51,454 bases of DNA, from positions 1 to 51,454 of the forward strand of contig JAVRCV020000070.1 in NCBI GenBank assembly GCA_034530615.2. The letters are read 5' to 3'. This document shows positions 9,263-20,086 of this stretch, piece by piece. A model generated the notes under the pieces. That model was not told the DNA's origin, did not search any database, and saw only the letters and a list, made by a program, of their open reading frames with translations. The number at the start of each line of letters is the position of its first letter. Positions within the stretch are counted from its first letter, which is position 1. The DNA is from Aulosira sp. ZfuVER01. GTDB lineage: Bacteria > Cyanobacteriota > Cyanobacteriia > Cyanobacteriales > Nostocaceae. The position numbers and the translations under genes are program-made.

Positions 9263-10624
9263 GTGGAAAAAATAGCTATTATCGGATTATCATGCCTCTT
9301 TCCCGATGCCAATAATCCTGAACAGTTTTGGCAGAACCTTACAAATGAGAAAGATTCGACTTCAGCTACTACTGTTGAAGACTTGGGTGTAGATCCCACA
9401 ATATTTTACGAGCCAATTAAGGGACAACCGGAAAAAATTTATTTTCTCCAAGGTGGATTTATTCGTAATTTTGAATTTGACGCAAGCGAATACAATTTAC
9501 CTCCGGAGTTGGTTGAGAGTCTGGATAATTCATTTAAATGGTCGCTGTATGCTGCTAAACAAGCAATTCAGCACAGTGGTTATTGGGGGAATCAGAAAGT
9601 TCTCTCGAAATGTGGGGTAATTCTAGGGACATTATCCTTACCCACAAAGATGTCTAATCAATTATTTGCGCCAATTTATCAGCAAACGATTGAACCTGCG
9701 ATCGCAGAACTTTTACAAGATGTAAATTTCCGGTTGGCTGCGTTACCAACCACAACGAAGGCTTCACCATATAATGCGATGATAACCGGCTTTCCAGCTG
9801 CGCTCGTCTCGCAAGCATTTTCTTTATCCAGTAATCATTTCTGCATAGATGCTGCTTGTTCGTCATCATTTTATGCAATTAAAATGGCATCTCATTATCT
9901 GCAAACACGCAAAGCTGATGTGATGTTAGCGGGTGCGATTAGTTGTGTAGATCCGCTATTTTTACGGATGTTATTTTCGGGGATTCAAGGTTATCCCGAA
10001 AATGGTATTAGCCGTCCTTTAGATAAATCTTCTCGTGGCTTAGTTACGTCCGATGGAATTGGGATGGTAATGTTAAAGCGCTACAGCGATGCTGTGAGAG
10101 ATGGCGATAAAATTCTCGCCACTATCGCTGGTAATGGACTCTCTAATGATGGCAAAGGTAAGCATTTATTGAGTCCTAATTCCAAAGGGCAAATTCTCTC
10201 TTTTGAACGGGCATATCAGGAAGCAAAACTTAGCCCAAAAGACATCGATTATATGGAGTGTCATGCCACTGGAACATTATTAGGAGACACCACAGAATTT
10301 AACTCCGTAGAAACATATTTTGGTGAACACCAAGCATCGCCTTTGGTGGGTTCTACCAAAGCTAATGTCGGTCACTTATTAGTAGCGGCTGGTATGGTTG
10401 GACTGACTAAGGCGATTTATAGCATGAATGCTGGTGTTATCCCAGCAACGATTAACGTCAGTGAACCGATTGGTTCTGAAAATAATGCTATTTCTGCCAA
10501 AAATATTGTCAGAACGGCGACGACATGGCCAAATAATTCGCCAGTTAAACGTGCAGCTTTAAGCGCATTTGGTTTTGGCGGAACCAACTCACATCTGATT
10601 CTGGAAAAGCAGGATGAAGTTTGA
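9263..10624 (+). CDS. hglD: Heterocyst glycolipid ketoacyl synthase (PfaB/C-type KS)
   Basis: Motifs DAACSSS, ECHATGT, VGHLLVAAG and AFGFGGTN. Start placed at GTG 9263 after GAGGA; the ORF track starts at 9233. Confidence 0.88.
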   Translation: MEKIAIIGLSCLFPDANNPEQFWQNLTNEKDSTSATTVEDLGVDPTIFYEPIKGQPEKIYFLQGGFIRNFEFDASEYNLPPELVESLDNSFKWSLYAAKQAIQHSGYWGNQKVLSKCGVILGTLSLPTKMSNQLFAPIYQQTIEPAIAELLQDVNFRLAALPTTTKASPYNAMITGFPAALVSQAFSLSSNHFCIDAACSSSFYAIKMASHYLQTRKADVMLAGAISCVDPLFLRMLFSGIQGYPENGISRPLDKSSRGLVTSDGIGMVMLKRYSDAVRDGDKILATIAGNGLSNDGKGKHLLSPNSKGQILSFERAYQEAKLSPKDIDYMECHATGTLLGDTTEFNSVETYFGEHQASPLVGSTKANVGHLLVAAGMVGLTKAIYSMNAGVIPATINVSEPIGSENNAISAKNIVRTATTWPNNSPVKRAALSAFGFGGTNSHLILEKQDEV

Positions 10625-10626
10625 AA

Positions 10627-10953
10627 AGGCAGAAGGCAGAAGGCAGGAGGCAGAGGGCAGAAGGACGAAACAAGGGGATTTTCTATTAAAAAATAATCCC
10701 ATTAATTCAACACATTACAGTTAAGTATTTCTCTCTTCTCTCTGCGTCCTCCCTTCGGGTACTCTTCGAGAACGCCTGCGGCGAACGCAGTCGCCTGCGG
10801 AGGGAAACCCTCCCGTAGCCATGTCTCACTGCGTCTTGGCGGTTCGTTTAAAAATTGACTTTGATAACAAAGTTTGAGCTTTAACTGAACCTTATTGCCC
10901 ATCAATCAGCAATCTTTCTTTCCTTCTGCCTCCTGCCATCTGCCCTCTGCCTT
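10627..10953. repeat. Inverted STRR arms (GGCAGA[A/G])n flanking nested small elements
   Basis: GGCAGAAGGCAGAAGGCAGGAGGCAGAGGGCAGAAGG at 10628-10664 and complementary CCTTCTGCCTCCTGCCATCTGCCCTCTGCC at 10922-10951. Confidence 0.75.
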
Positions 10954-10988
10954 AGTCAATAACAAACTTTAGTTAGCGTAATTAAACG

Positions 10989-13900
10989 ATGTTTGAACAA
11001 GAAATACAATCAGGCAAAATTGCCATTATTGGCATGGATGCCTTTTTTGGTGAATGTAAAGATTTAGATGCTTTTGAACGTAGTATTTATGACGGCAAAC
11101 AGCATTTTATTCCCCTACCTTCTCAAAGATGGTATGGCATAGATGGCAAAGAAGATTTACTCAAAGAATACGGTTTACCCGATGGTAAAGCACCGATAGG
11201 CGCGTACATTCAAGAGTTTGCCCTCGATACTTTAGCTTACAAAATCCCCCCAAATGAAGTAGAACAACTGAATCCGCAACAACTGTTACTGTTAACAGTG
11301 GCAGATGGTGCCTTGAAAGATGCAGGGGTTCAAGAAGGGGGAAATGTCGCTGTAATTATTGCGGCTGAAGCAGAATTGTCTGTTCATCAGCTACAGCAAC
11401 GATGGAATTTATCGTGGCAGATTAAAGATGGTTTGAATGCGGCGGAAATTGCTTTGCCTGCGGATAAAATTGCTCAGTTAGAAACCATTGTGAAAGATAG
11501 TGTTCACCATCAAGTAGAGATTGGTGAATATCTGAGTTACATTGCTAACATCATGGCGAGTCGCATTTCTGCGCTGTGGAATTTCACTGGCCCATCCTTT
11601 ACGATGACGGCGGTGGAAACTTCTGCTTTCAAAGCTTTAGAAGTGGCACAAATGCTACTCATGACTGGAGAAGTAGACGCTGTTGTAGTTGGTGCTGTTG
11701 ATTTGGCTGGCGGGATAGAAAATGTCTTGCTGCGCAGCCAATGGGGAACGGTGAATACTGGTGCTAATACCTTAAGCTATGACCAAAATGCTAATGGTTG
11801 GACGGTTGGTGAAGGTGCAGGTGCAGTTGTTCTTAAGCGTTATGATACGGCGAAACAAAATGGCGATCGCATCTATGCTGTCATTGATGCTATTAGTATT
11901 GGTCAAGCCGCTTCTACATCTATAGATGCGGGTACAATTAACCAAGTCTGCCAAACAGCTTTCCAAATGGCGGGAATTCAACCCACAGACGTTAACTATG
12001 TAGAAGTAGTTGCTAGTGGTTTTCCCCAGGAAGATGCGGCAGAAATCGCTGGGATGCTTCAGGCTTATCCCTCTGTAGGAGACGGTTTACATTGTGCCAT
12101 TGGCAGCGTTAAGGCCAATATTGGACATACCTATGTAGCATCGGGAATTGCCAGTCTCATCAAAACGGCTTTGTGTCTCTATCACAACTATATCCCGGCT
12201 ACTCCCAACTGGTCTGGTGTAAAAACGCCGCAAGTATGGCAAGGTAGTCCTTTCTTTGTAGCGACCGAATCTAGACCTTGGTTCCTCCATAAAGATAGTA
12301 CCCATAGAATCGCCGCTATAAATGGTATCGGTTGTGATGGGACTTGTGCCCATGTGATATTGTCCGATGAACCAGACCAAATCAATCACAGCAGCAACTA
12401 TTTACAACAACGGCCTTTTTATCTGTTCCCCTTAGCAGCTGATGACCGTTCGACTTTACTCAATCTGTTAGATAATCTCCAACAAGAGATTGAAAATGCT
12501 GAGTCTCTAACGAATGCTGCTAGCCAGAACTTTGTCAAATTTCAGCAGCATTCTACAGCCAAGTACACCCTAGCCATTACCGGACGCAACAAGAAGGAAT
12601 TACTCAAAGAAATCGCCTCGGCGCAAAAAGGTGTCAATACGGCCTTTGAAAAGGGTAGTGATTGGCAAACACCTATAGGTAGTTATTTCACCCCTAAACC
12701 TTTGGGTAAAGAGGGTGGGGTTGCTTATGTTTATCCGGCGGCTGTCAATTCCTATGTAGGTATTGGTCGGACTCTGTTTCGCCTCTTTCCTAACCTGCAA
12801 AATGAACCCTTCGTTAAGAGTCTATATAAACGAGTCTCTGATGTAGAGAAACTTGTTTTCCCCAGAAGCTTACATAAGTTGTCTACCAGAGAACTAGAAA
12901 CGCTAGAGAAGAAATTGCTAGATGACTCCCTAGCAATGTTTGAAGCGGAAATGTTCTTTACTAGGTTAATTACTACAGTTATCCGCGATCGCTTTCAAGT
13001 CAAACCTAAATATGTGTTTGGCTATAGCCTGGGTGAAACTAGCATGATGGTAGCCCAAGGCGTTTGGAGTGATTTCTTTGCTGGAAGTAACAGCTTTAAC
13101 TCCTCGGCTTTATTTGGCGATAGGTTATCTGGCCCAAAAAATGCTGTGCGTGAATATTGGAATCTACCACCAGCCACCGACACTTGTGACAATAACTTCT
13201 GGGCTAACTATGTACTCATGGCCACCCCAGATAAAGTCAGAGAATGCCTCAAAAATGAGAGTCGCGTTTATTTGACGCAGATTAATACACCAGAAGAAGT
13301 ATTAATCGCCGGCGAACCAGCAGCTTGTCAGCGCGCGATCAAAGCTTTGGGTTGCAATGCTTTTCCGGCTCCTTTCGACCATGTAATCCATTGTGAAGCC
13401 ATGCGCTCTGAGTACGCAGAGCTAGTTAAACTCAACACATTACCAACTCAAAAAATTCCCGGAATTACCTTTTATTCGGCTGCTGGGTATAAACCTATAA
13501 ACGTTAATAGTGAAGTAGTAGCCCACAGTATCGCCACCGGACTCAGCCAACAACTAGATTTTCCCCGCCTAGTTAACCGCGTTTACGCCGATGGTGTGAA
13601 AATCTTTATCGAAGCCGGTGCTGGTGGTGTCTGTTCTCGCTGGGTAAGTAAAATTCTTGAAGGACAAGAACACATCACCGTTTCCCTCAATCGCAGAGGT
13701 ATGGATGACCATACTTCTATAGTCAAAGCACTAGCCAAATTACTCAGCCATAAAGTTGAGTTAGACATCTCATCTCTATACAATCTCACCCAAGAAACTG
13801 GGAAACAAAGTAAACTAACCCAACGAAATATTACATTGGGTGGTAACTCAATTACTGCCACAATTTTGAGTGAAGAGAATCGCCAAATTTTCCAAAATTT

Positions 13901-14348
13901 AGCTAGTAAATCTCCTAACGTTGAGTATTCCATAGCCAAGCCAGTCATCAATTCACTGAATACTCCAGTGGTAATTGCTACCAATAATAAACCAAACAAT
14001 GATATTTTGCTGCCAACAAATCAGCCAGAAGAAATCGCAGAAAAAAATATCATGGAACACGTTTTAGTCTCAACAGAACAAGTACAATCCTTTGAGATAA
14101 ATACCACTCCCCAACAACCAACTCAGCCTAGTTTTACCCCACAAAATATAACTCGCAAATCTGTTCCAATTATCCGTATGCTCGATTTAAATAAGACTCA
14201 ATATCAAAAGCTCAATGCTAATAATGCCAACTTGACTAAATCTCATACTGCTTTCTTAAAATCCCGACAAGATTTTAGCAAGCAAATGAGCGAAATTATT
14301 CAATTGCAATTAGCTTGCGCTCAAAACTTATTGAATGAAGAATCCTAA
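10989..14348 (+). CDS. hglC: Heterocyst glycolipid chain-length-factor plus acyltransferase subunit
   Basis: KS-fold lacking the catalytic Cys (TAVETSAF); AT motif GYSLG; lies between hglD and hglA. Confidence 0.88.
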   Translation: MFEQEIQSGKIAIIGMDAFFGECKDLDAFERSIYDGKQHFIPLPSQRWYGIDGKEDLLKEYGLPDGKAPIGAYIQEFALDTLAYKIPPNEVEQLNPQQLLLLTVADGALKDAGVQEGGNVAVIIAAEAELSVHQLQQRWNLSWQIKDGLNAAEIALPADKIAQLETIVKDSVHHQVEIGEYLSYIANIMASRISALWNFTGPSFTMTAVETSAFKALEVAQMLLMTGEVDAVVVGAVDLAGGIENVLLRSQWGTVNTGANTLSYDQNANGWTVGEGAGAVVLKRYDTAKQNGDRIYAVIDAISIGQAASTSIDAGTINQVCQTAFQMAGIQPTDVNYVEVVASGFPQEDAAEIAGMLQAYPSVGDGLHCAIGSVKANIGHTYVASGIASLIKTALCLYHNYIPATPNWSGVKTPQVWQGSPFFVATESRPWFLHKDSTHRIAAINGIGCDGTCAHVILSDEPDQINHSSNYLQQRPFYLFPLAADDRSTLLNLLDNLQQEIENAESLTNAASQNFVKFQQHSTAKYTLAITGRNKKELLKEIASAQKGVNTAFEKGSDWQTPIGSYFTPKPLGKEGGVAYVYPAAVNSYVGIGRTLFRLFPNLQNEPFVKSLYKRVSDVEKLVFPRSLHKLSTRELETLEKKLLDDSLAMFEAEMFFTRLITTVIRDRFQVKPKYVFGYSLGETSMMVAQGVWSDFFAGSNSFNSSALFGDRLSGPKNAVREYWNLPPATDTCDNNFWANYVLMATPDKVRECLKNESRVYLTQINTPEEVLIAGEPAACQRAIKALGCNAFPAPFDHVIHCEAMRSEYAELVKLNTLPTQKIPGITFYSAAGYKPINVNSEVVAHSIATGLSQQLDFPRLVNRVYADGVKIFIEAGAGGVCSRWVSKILEGQEHITVSLNRRGMDDHTSIVKALAKLLSHKVELDISSLYNLTQETGKQSKLTQRNITLGGNSITATILSEENRQIFQNLASKSPNVEYSIAKPVINSLNTPVVIATNNKPNNDILLPTNQPEEIAEKNIMEHVLVSTEQVQSFEINTTPQQPTQPSFTPQNITRKSVPIIRMLDLNKTQYQKLNANNANLTKSHTAFLKSRQDFSKQMSEIIQLQLACAQNLLNEES

Positions 14349-14361
14349 AAATTAAGTATGA

Positions 14362-14487
14362 AGGCAGAGGGCAGAAGGCAGAAGGAAAACTACAATCTTC
14401 TGCCTTATAAAAGAAATTACGGATTTTTAAACTCTATCATTTCTCTTCCCTCTGCGTCCTCTACGTCTTGGCGGTTCGTTTAAAAAT
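14362..14487. repeat. STRR plus a dispersed repeat shared with 10731-10856
   Basis: AGGCAGAGGGCAGAAGGCAGAAGG...CTTCTGCCTT, then TCTGCGTCCTCTACGTCTTGGCGGTTCGTTTAAAAAT. Confidence 0.65.
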
Positions 14488-14569
14488 ATCCTTACAACTC
14501 AGCCAATATTTAACGAACTTACCTCTTTTTTCACTGTTCATCCTTTATAAAAACCGAGGGATAACTAGC

Positions 14570-16243
14570 GTGACTACTGTAGATACACCACTAACTCAAC
14601 ACGAAAACGGACTAGCATTTACCTGCTATTCCTATGGACAAAATCTCATCTGGAAAGGTTCCCTAGAGTGCATATCTTTTGATCAAAAAGGCATAGTAGA
14701 TAAATTTCTTACCTTAGAACAACCCTGTTATATTGTTAACGCCGAAGGCAGAATCGGGGTGACAAATGTAGGGTATTTATGCCCAGTTGATAGCACTGTC
14801 ACCGCACCAGCAGTAGAACTTCTCGCCTCAATTCCACCAATTAAAATTCACCAATTAGGTGACCCCTCTTTTCTCTCCTTTTATGGCGTGAAATATGCCT
14901 ATGCAACTGGTGCAATGGCTGGAGGTATAGCTTCCGAAGAAATGGTCATTGCACTCGGAAAAGAGAAAATTTTAAGTTCCTTTGGTGCAGGTGGTTTAAG
15001 CCCAGAACGCTTAGAAGCTGCTATCAACAAAATACAGCAAGCCTTACCACAAGGCCCCTATGCTTTTAATTTAATTCACAGCCCCAACGAACCAACGATT
15101 GAACGTCGGGCTGTGGATTTATTCCTTAAATATGGCGTGAGAGTAGTTGAAGCATCAGCATTTTTAGACTTAACTCCCAACATTGTTTATTACCGAGTTG
15201 CGGGATTAAGTTTAAATGATGCAAATCAAATTGAAATCAAAAATAAAGTCATCGCCAAAATTTCTCGTAGAGAAGTAGCTACCAAATTTCTCCAACCACC
15301 ACCACCCAGAATCCTCAAAGAACTTGTTGAACAAGGATTAATTACCGAGTTACAAGCAACCCTTGCAGCCCAAGTTCCAATGGCTGATGATATTACTGTC
15401 GAAGCTGATTCTGGTGGTCACACAGATAATCGTCCCTTGGTTTGTCTGTTACCTTCTATTATGGCTTTGAGAGATGAGATTCAAGAACAATATCATTACT
15501 CACAACCAATTAGAGTCGGAGTAGCAGGCGGAATTGCTACACCACAATCAGCTTTAGCTGCTTTTATGATGGGTGCAGCTTATGTAGTCACAGGTTCAAT
15601 TAATCAATCTTGTGTAGAATCTGGCGCTTGCGAACATACCAAAAAATTACTCGCGCAAGCAGAAATGGCTGATGTCATGATGGCTCCCGCTGCTGATATG
15701 TTTGAAATGGGAGTCAAATTACAAGTTCTTAAACGGGGCACAATGTTCCCGATGCGGGCGCAAAAATTATATGAGTTATACCGGAATTATGACTCAATTG
15801 AAGCAATTCCCCTTGAAGAAAGAGAGAAATTAGAAAAACAAGTTTTTCGCAAGACAATTGCTGAAGTTTGGGAAGGAACTGCTGCTTATTTATCCCAAAA
15901 AAATCCGGAAAAACTTGGCAAGGCAGTAAACAATCCTAAATTAAAAATGGCTGTAATTTTCCGCTGGTATTTAGGATTATCTTCTCGGTGGTCTAATACT
16001 GGCGAAAAAGGCAGAGAAGTTGATTATCAAATTTGGTGTGGCCCGGCGATGGGTAGCTTCAACGACTGGGTGCGCGGTACTTATTTAGCTGAACCCCAAA
16101 ACCGCAAAGTTGTTGATGTTGCTAATCACCTTATGACTGGTGCAGCATTTTTATATCGCATACAAAGTTTGAAATTTCAAGGATTGCAAATTCCCGATTA
16201 TTACAGTCAATATCGCCCAGCTAGTTCTACATTGGAGATGTAA
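14570..16243 (+). CDS. hglA: PfaD-family enoyl reductase of heterocyst glycolipid synthesis
   Basis: Motifs [29 protein letters not shown] and [11 protein letters not shown]. Likely start is GTG 14570 after GAGGGA; the ORF track starts at a TTG at 14468 inside a repeat. Confidence 0.9.
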   Translation: MTTVDTPLTQHENGLAFTCYSYGQNLIWKGSLECISFDQKGIVDKFLTLEQPCYIVNAEGRIGVTNVGYLCPVDSTVTAPAVELLASIPPIKIHQLGDPSFLSFYGVKYAYATGAMAGGIASEEMVIALGKEKILSSFGAGGLSPERLEAAINKIQQALPQGPYAFNLIHSPNEPTIERRAVDLFLKYGVRVVEASAFLDLTPNIVYYRVAGLSLNDANQIEIKNKVIAKISRREVATKFLQPPPPRILKELVEQGLITELQATLAAQVPMADDITVEADSGGHTDNRPLVCLLPSIMALRDEIQEQYHYSQPIRVGVAGGIATPQSALAAFMMGAAYVVTGSINQSCVESGACEHTKKLLAQAEMADVMMAPAADMFEMGVKLQVLKRGTMFPMRAQKLYELYRNYDSIEAIPLEEREKLEKQVFRKTIAEVWEGTAAYLSQKNPEKLGKAVNNPKLKMAVIFRWYLGLSSRWSNTGEKGREVDYQIWCGPAMGSFNDWVRGTYLAEPQNRKVVDVANHLMTGAAFLYRIQSLKFQGLQIPDYYSQYRPASSTLEM

Positions 16244-16245
16244 AA

Positions 16246-17754
16246 ATGAATTCAAAAAATTCTTTTAGTGCAGCAGATATTCAAGCATGGCTGGTGTCTA
16301 ATCTGGCTGAATTGATAGGGGTAGAAGCTGAAGAGATAGATGTCCATGAACACTTGGAAAACTACGGTTTGGATTCAGCCCAAGCCATGATTCTCGTCAG
16401 CAAATTGGAGAAAATGTTGGGATTCCAACCTTCTCCTTTGCTGTTGTGGCATTACCCAAATATTGCTGCACTCTCCCAGCGTTTAGCGGAAGAATTACCA
16501 GAAGAGTCAGCAATTCAAGACACAACTTCTGCATCGGTTAATACTTCTATCCCGACTTTAGATTTAAATGCCGAGGTGGTTCTTGATCCCACTATCCGTC
16601 CTGATGCTTTACCTCCAGTTTCAATTACTGAACCAAAAAACATCTTTTTAACTGGTGGTACAGGCTATTTAGGCGCATTTATCATTCGGGAACTGCTACA
16701 GCAAACTAATGCAGATATTTACTGCTTAGTGCGTGCTGCTAATGCACAAGAAGGTAAGAGCAAATTAGTAAATAATCTCGAAACTTACGCCATTTGGGAT
16801 GAACAATATAAATCGAGAATTGTCCCAGTTGTCGGCGATCTAGCTCTACCATTTTTGGGTATGGGCGCAGAACAGTTTCAAATTTTAGCTGCCAATATTG
16901 ACACCATTTATCATAGTGGTGCTTTGCTAAATTATGTTTTTCCCTACTCAGCATTGAAAGCAGCTAATGTGTTGGGAACTCAAGAAGTATTGAGATTAGC
17001 TAGCCAAATCAAACTCAAGCCTGTACATTACGTTTCTAGTGTGGCGGTATTTGAATCACCTGCTTATGCTGGCAAGGTAGTTAAAGAGCAAGATGATTTT
17101 AATCATTGGGAAGGTATTTTCCTTGGTTACTCACAAACTAAATGGGTAGCTGAGAAGTTAGTTAAACTCGCCCGTGACAGAGGTTTACCTGTAACTATCC
17201 ACAGACCACCATTAATTTCTGGAGATAGCCAAACAGGTATTTGTAACACCCATGACTTTATCAACTTGATGGTTAAAGGCTGTCTACAAATGGGATATTT
17301 TCCAGATGTGGAATATATGATGGATATGTCTCCTGTAGATTATGTCAGCAAAGCGATTGTTTATCTATCAATGCAGCCATCATCTATAGGTAAAGCATTC
17401 CACCTGCAACATCCCCAACCAGCGCCATTGAGTACCTTAATTAAATGGGTACAATCATTTGGTTATCCAGTTAAGGCGATTCCTTATGAACAATGGCAAT
17501 CAGAGTTGATCAATAATGTCTCTTCTGTAGATAATCCTTTATATACACTGCGACCATTTTTGTTAGAACGCTGGTCTGATGAGCAATTGACAATTCCAGA
17601 TTTGTATCTGCAAGCAAGAAGACCGCATATTAGCTGTCAGGAGACTCTACAAGCACTTGCTGGTAGTTCTATCGTCTGCCCGCCAATCAGTTCAGAAATG
17701 TTTATGACCTACACTGCCTATTTGATTCAGACTGGTTTTCTGAATGTTGCATAG
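16246..17754 (+). CDS. hglB: ACP plus thioester reductase (HglB/HetM)
   Basis: ACP motif YGLDSAQ; reductase motifs LTGGTGYLG and YSQTKWVAE; starts 2 bp after hglA. Confidence 0.92.
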   Translation: MNSKNSFSAADIQAWLVSNLAELIGVEAEEIDVHEHLENYGLDSAQAMILVSKLEKMLGFQPSPLLLWHYPNIAALSQRLAEELPEESAIQDTTSASVNTSIPTLDLNAEVVLDPTIRPDALPPVSITEPKNIFLTGGTGYLGAFIIRELLQQTNADIYCLVRAANAQEGKSKLVNNLETYAIWDEQYKSRIVPVVGDLALPFLGMGAEQFQILAANIDTIYHSGALLNYVFPYSALKAANVLGTQEVLRLASQIKLKPVHYVSSVAVFESPAYAGKVVKEQDDFNHWEGIFLGYSQTKWVAEKLVKLARDRGLPVTIHRPPLISGDSQTGICNTHDFINLMVKGCLQMGYFPDVEYMMDMSPVDYVSKAIVYLSMQPSSIGKAFHLQHPQPAPLSTLIKWVQSFGYPVKAIPYEQWQSELINNVSSVDNPLYTLRPFLLERWSDEQLTIPDLYLQARRPHISCQETLQALAGSSIVCPPISSEMFMTYTAYLIQTGFLNVA

Positions 17755-17831
17755 TTGCTAATAGCCGACATCCTCAAGGGTGCAGCTATAGGAACAAAGC
17801 CCGCCTGCACAGTCTAAGATTTTTGATTGAA

Positions 17832-17861
17832 TGTAGAGACGTAAAATTTTACGTCTCTACA
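17832..17861. repeat. Perfect 30-bp REP-like palindrome
   Basis: TGTAGAGACGTAAAATTTTACGTCTCTACA is its own reverse complement and has the GTAG start typical of REP-like elements. Confidence 0.85.
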
Positions 17862-17948
17862 ATGGTTTTTAGCATACGCAATTTGAGGAGTAGCTTAGAT
17901 AATTGCTAAAATAATGCATAACTGATAGTAAATACCCACGCTAGGAAA

Positions 17949-18215
17949 ATGAGTATATCGCTTAATCCTACTCAAGAGCAATTTGTTCTATCTAAAATTG
18001 AAAGTGGAAAATATGCGAATGTGGATGAAGTAATTTATGCTGCATTTAAATTGTTAGAAGAACAGGAGCAAGAATATTCTCTTTGGCTAAATGAGACTCA
18101 GAAGAAAGTAGAAGTTGGTTTTGCAGAAATTGAACGAGGTGAAGTTCTTGATACAGAACTTGTTATTAACCAACTCAAAGATAAACTGCGCCAAAAACGC
18201 GAGGCTCAAACATGA
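17949..18215 (+). CDS. ParD-family (ribbon-helix-helix) type II antitoxin
   Basis: MSISLNP..ESGKYANVDEVIYAAFKLLEE pattern; acidic; overlaps the toxin by ATGA. Confidence 0.85.
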   Translation: MSISLNPTQEQFVLSKIESGKYANVDEVIYAAFKLLEEQEQEYSLWLNETQKKVEVGFAEIERGEVLDTELVINQLKDKLRQKREAQT

Positions 18216-18508
18216 GTCGTTCTATCATATCTCAAACTGCCAGTAAGGACTTGACTGAGATTGTCGATTACTTTGCAAATATTAATGTTGAAGCAGGGGA
18301 AAGTTTTATCCAAGAGTTTGAGAAAAAATGTAAAAATATTGCAAATTTTCCTAATATGGGGCGTAGTTATGAAGATGTCTCTCCATTTTTAAGAGGAATT
18401 CCTATTGATGGACATATTATTTTGTACAAAGTAATTGGTGATGTAGTCACCATTATCCGAGTTGTTAGTGGAAGGCGAGATTTAAAGTCATTATTTTCAG
18501 ATTCTTAA
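18212..18508 (+). CDS. RelE/ParE-family type II toxin
   Basis: Pattern ASKDLTEI..FPNMGR..HIILY..IIRVVSGRRDL; translationally coupled to the antitoxin. Confidence 0.85.
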   Translation: MSRSIISQTASKDLTEIVDYFANINVEAGESFIQEFEKKCKNIANFPNMGRSYEDVSPFLRGIPIDGHIILYKVIGDVVTIIRVVSGRRDLKSLFSDS

Positions 18509-18536
18509 TCAGAATATTAAGTTAGCCAAATATCCC

Positions 18537-19325
18537 ATGCAGCAGTCAACTCAAGGCAACAACCGCGATTTTCTTCGCCAGCTTATCACCCTGGCGGCAA
18601 TTATCGGCGCTTTCGTTATCAATGTGATATCGAACATTTTTCCGCTGAATGGACTCAGCATTGGGGCAATTTCCAATACTTTGTTCAAAAATGTCTTGAT
18701 TATCCCTGCTAACTATGCATTTGCTATTTGGGGGTTGATTTACCTCGGTTTGTTTGCTTTCGGAATTTACCAATTTCTCCCTAGCCAAAAAGATGATTCA
18801 GATTTACGCAACACAGGATATCTGTTGGTAATTGCTTCTATTGCTCAAAGTATCTGGGTATACCTCTTCCTCTCTCGGCTGTTTGCTCTTTCTGTTGTCG
18901 CAATGCTGTTGATTTTGCTACCCCTGATTGGTGTTTATTTGCGGCTAGATAGTGGCAATAAACCTGTAACTCGGCAGAAAAAGTGGTGTATCCACAGGCC
19001 TATCAGCATTTATCTAAGTTGGATTAGTGTAGCAACTATTGTAAATGTCGCCTGTGCTTTATATTTCCAAAGTTGGAATGGTTGGGGCATTTCTGGGGAA
19101 ATGTGGACTGTCATTTTGTTGTTGATAGCAAGTGCAATTGCTGCCATCATTGTCATTCAGCGCCGAGATATCGCTTACGCAGGAGTAACCGTGTGGGCAA
19201 TTTTGGCGATCGCAATTAAACACTGGAACAACCCTATACTGAGGAATGTGGCATTAGCTTTGGTAGTGGCTCTTGTCCTCATCACCGTCATTAAAAATTC
19301 ACATACCCAACAAGAACAGATTTAA
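18537..19325 (+). CDS. Tryptophan-rich sensory (TspO/MBR-like) membrane protein
   Basis: Multiple TM helices; motifs PANYAFAIWGLIY and SIYLSWISVATIVN. Confidence 0.7.
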   Translation: MQQSTQGNNRDFLRQLITLAAIIGAFVINVISNIFPLNGLSIGAISNTLFKNVLIIPANYAFAIWGLIYLGLFAFGIYQFLPSQKDDSDLRNTGYLLVIASIAQSIWVYLFLSRLFALSVVAMLLILLPLIGVYLRLDSGNKPVTRQKKWCIHRPISIYLSWISVATIVNVACALYFQSWNGWGISGEMWTVILLLIASAIAAIIVIQRRDIAYAGVTVWAILAIAIKHWNNPILRNVALALVVALVLITVIKNSHTQQEQI

Positions 19326-20044
19326 TATTGCCAGCACTTCAAATCCCAGCCAAAACCGCCTACAGCTACAGCAGAAACATAATTTTCAGCGGGTACTAGC
19401 TCCAGTAGACTCCAGTCTTTAAATGTCTGCAACTTAGCTGGTTCTGTGGGAGTGAGGGAGATTTCAATTTTCTCTAACTGCGCTATTCCCTCACCTGTGG
19501 CTTTTAAATAGGCTTCCTTGCAAGTCCAATAGCGGAAAAATACTCCTGGTCTTTGTTCAGGAGGGAGCGATCGCACTAAATCATATTCTCTCGGTAAAAA
19601 GAACCTTTGAGCAAGAGATTCCAAATCAGACATCGGGCGGATGTATTCTAGATCTATCCCAATTTGGCGATTTTTACTCACTGCACACAAAGCCAAATCT
19701 TGAGAGTGGGATAAATTAAACGCTAATCCACTGTCAGCAAATTCATGGGCTAAAAATGGTTTGCCACGGGTTTCATAATCAAATTGCACTTCTTGCGGCG
19801 CAATACCCAAGTAACGACCCAATATAGCCCTGAGGCTACCACGGCCAGCAATAAAACGTTGGCGATGTTCTTGAAAATAGAATCTTTGCGCCCGAGCCGA
19901 TTCATCTTCAGATAGAGTTGCTGCCAAGTTTTCCAGCGTTGGTTCTGGTTGGTCGAGGCTGATTCGCCAAATATGGACATCATTCGGCAACAAAGTTAAA
20001 TTTGTCGGCGCAGGGAGCCATAAATACTTAGAAGCAGTCATCAA
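19322..20044 (-). CDS. hetI: Sfp-type 4'-phosphopantetheinyl transferase
   Basis: Motifs FNLSHS, IGIDLE and WTCKEAYLKA; convergent at the end of the hgl cluster, as hetI usually is. Confidence 0.9.
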   Translation of the reverse strand: MMTASKYLWLPAPTNLTLLPNDVHIWRISLDQPEPTLENLAATLSEDESARAQRFYFQEHRQRFIAGRGSLRAILGRYLGIAPQEVQFDYETRGKPFLAHEFADSGLAFNLSHSQDLALCAVSKNRQIGIDLEYIRPMSDLESLAQRFFLPREYDLVRSLPPEQRPGVFFRYWTCKEAYLKATGEGIAQLEKIEISLTPTEPAKLQTFKDWSLLELVPAENYVSAVAVGGFGWDLKCWQY

Positions 20045-20086
20045 GTTAGAACATTAAGGGTGTGGTAAATGAAGCCATTTTACTCC

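Noticed and set aside
10702..10905. 67-aa minus-strand ORF
   Set aside because: It is a translation of the nested repeat element.
13583..13999. 138-aa ORF and the other short ORFs lying within long genes
   Set aside because: These are shadow frames of well-supported CDSs with no independent evidence.
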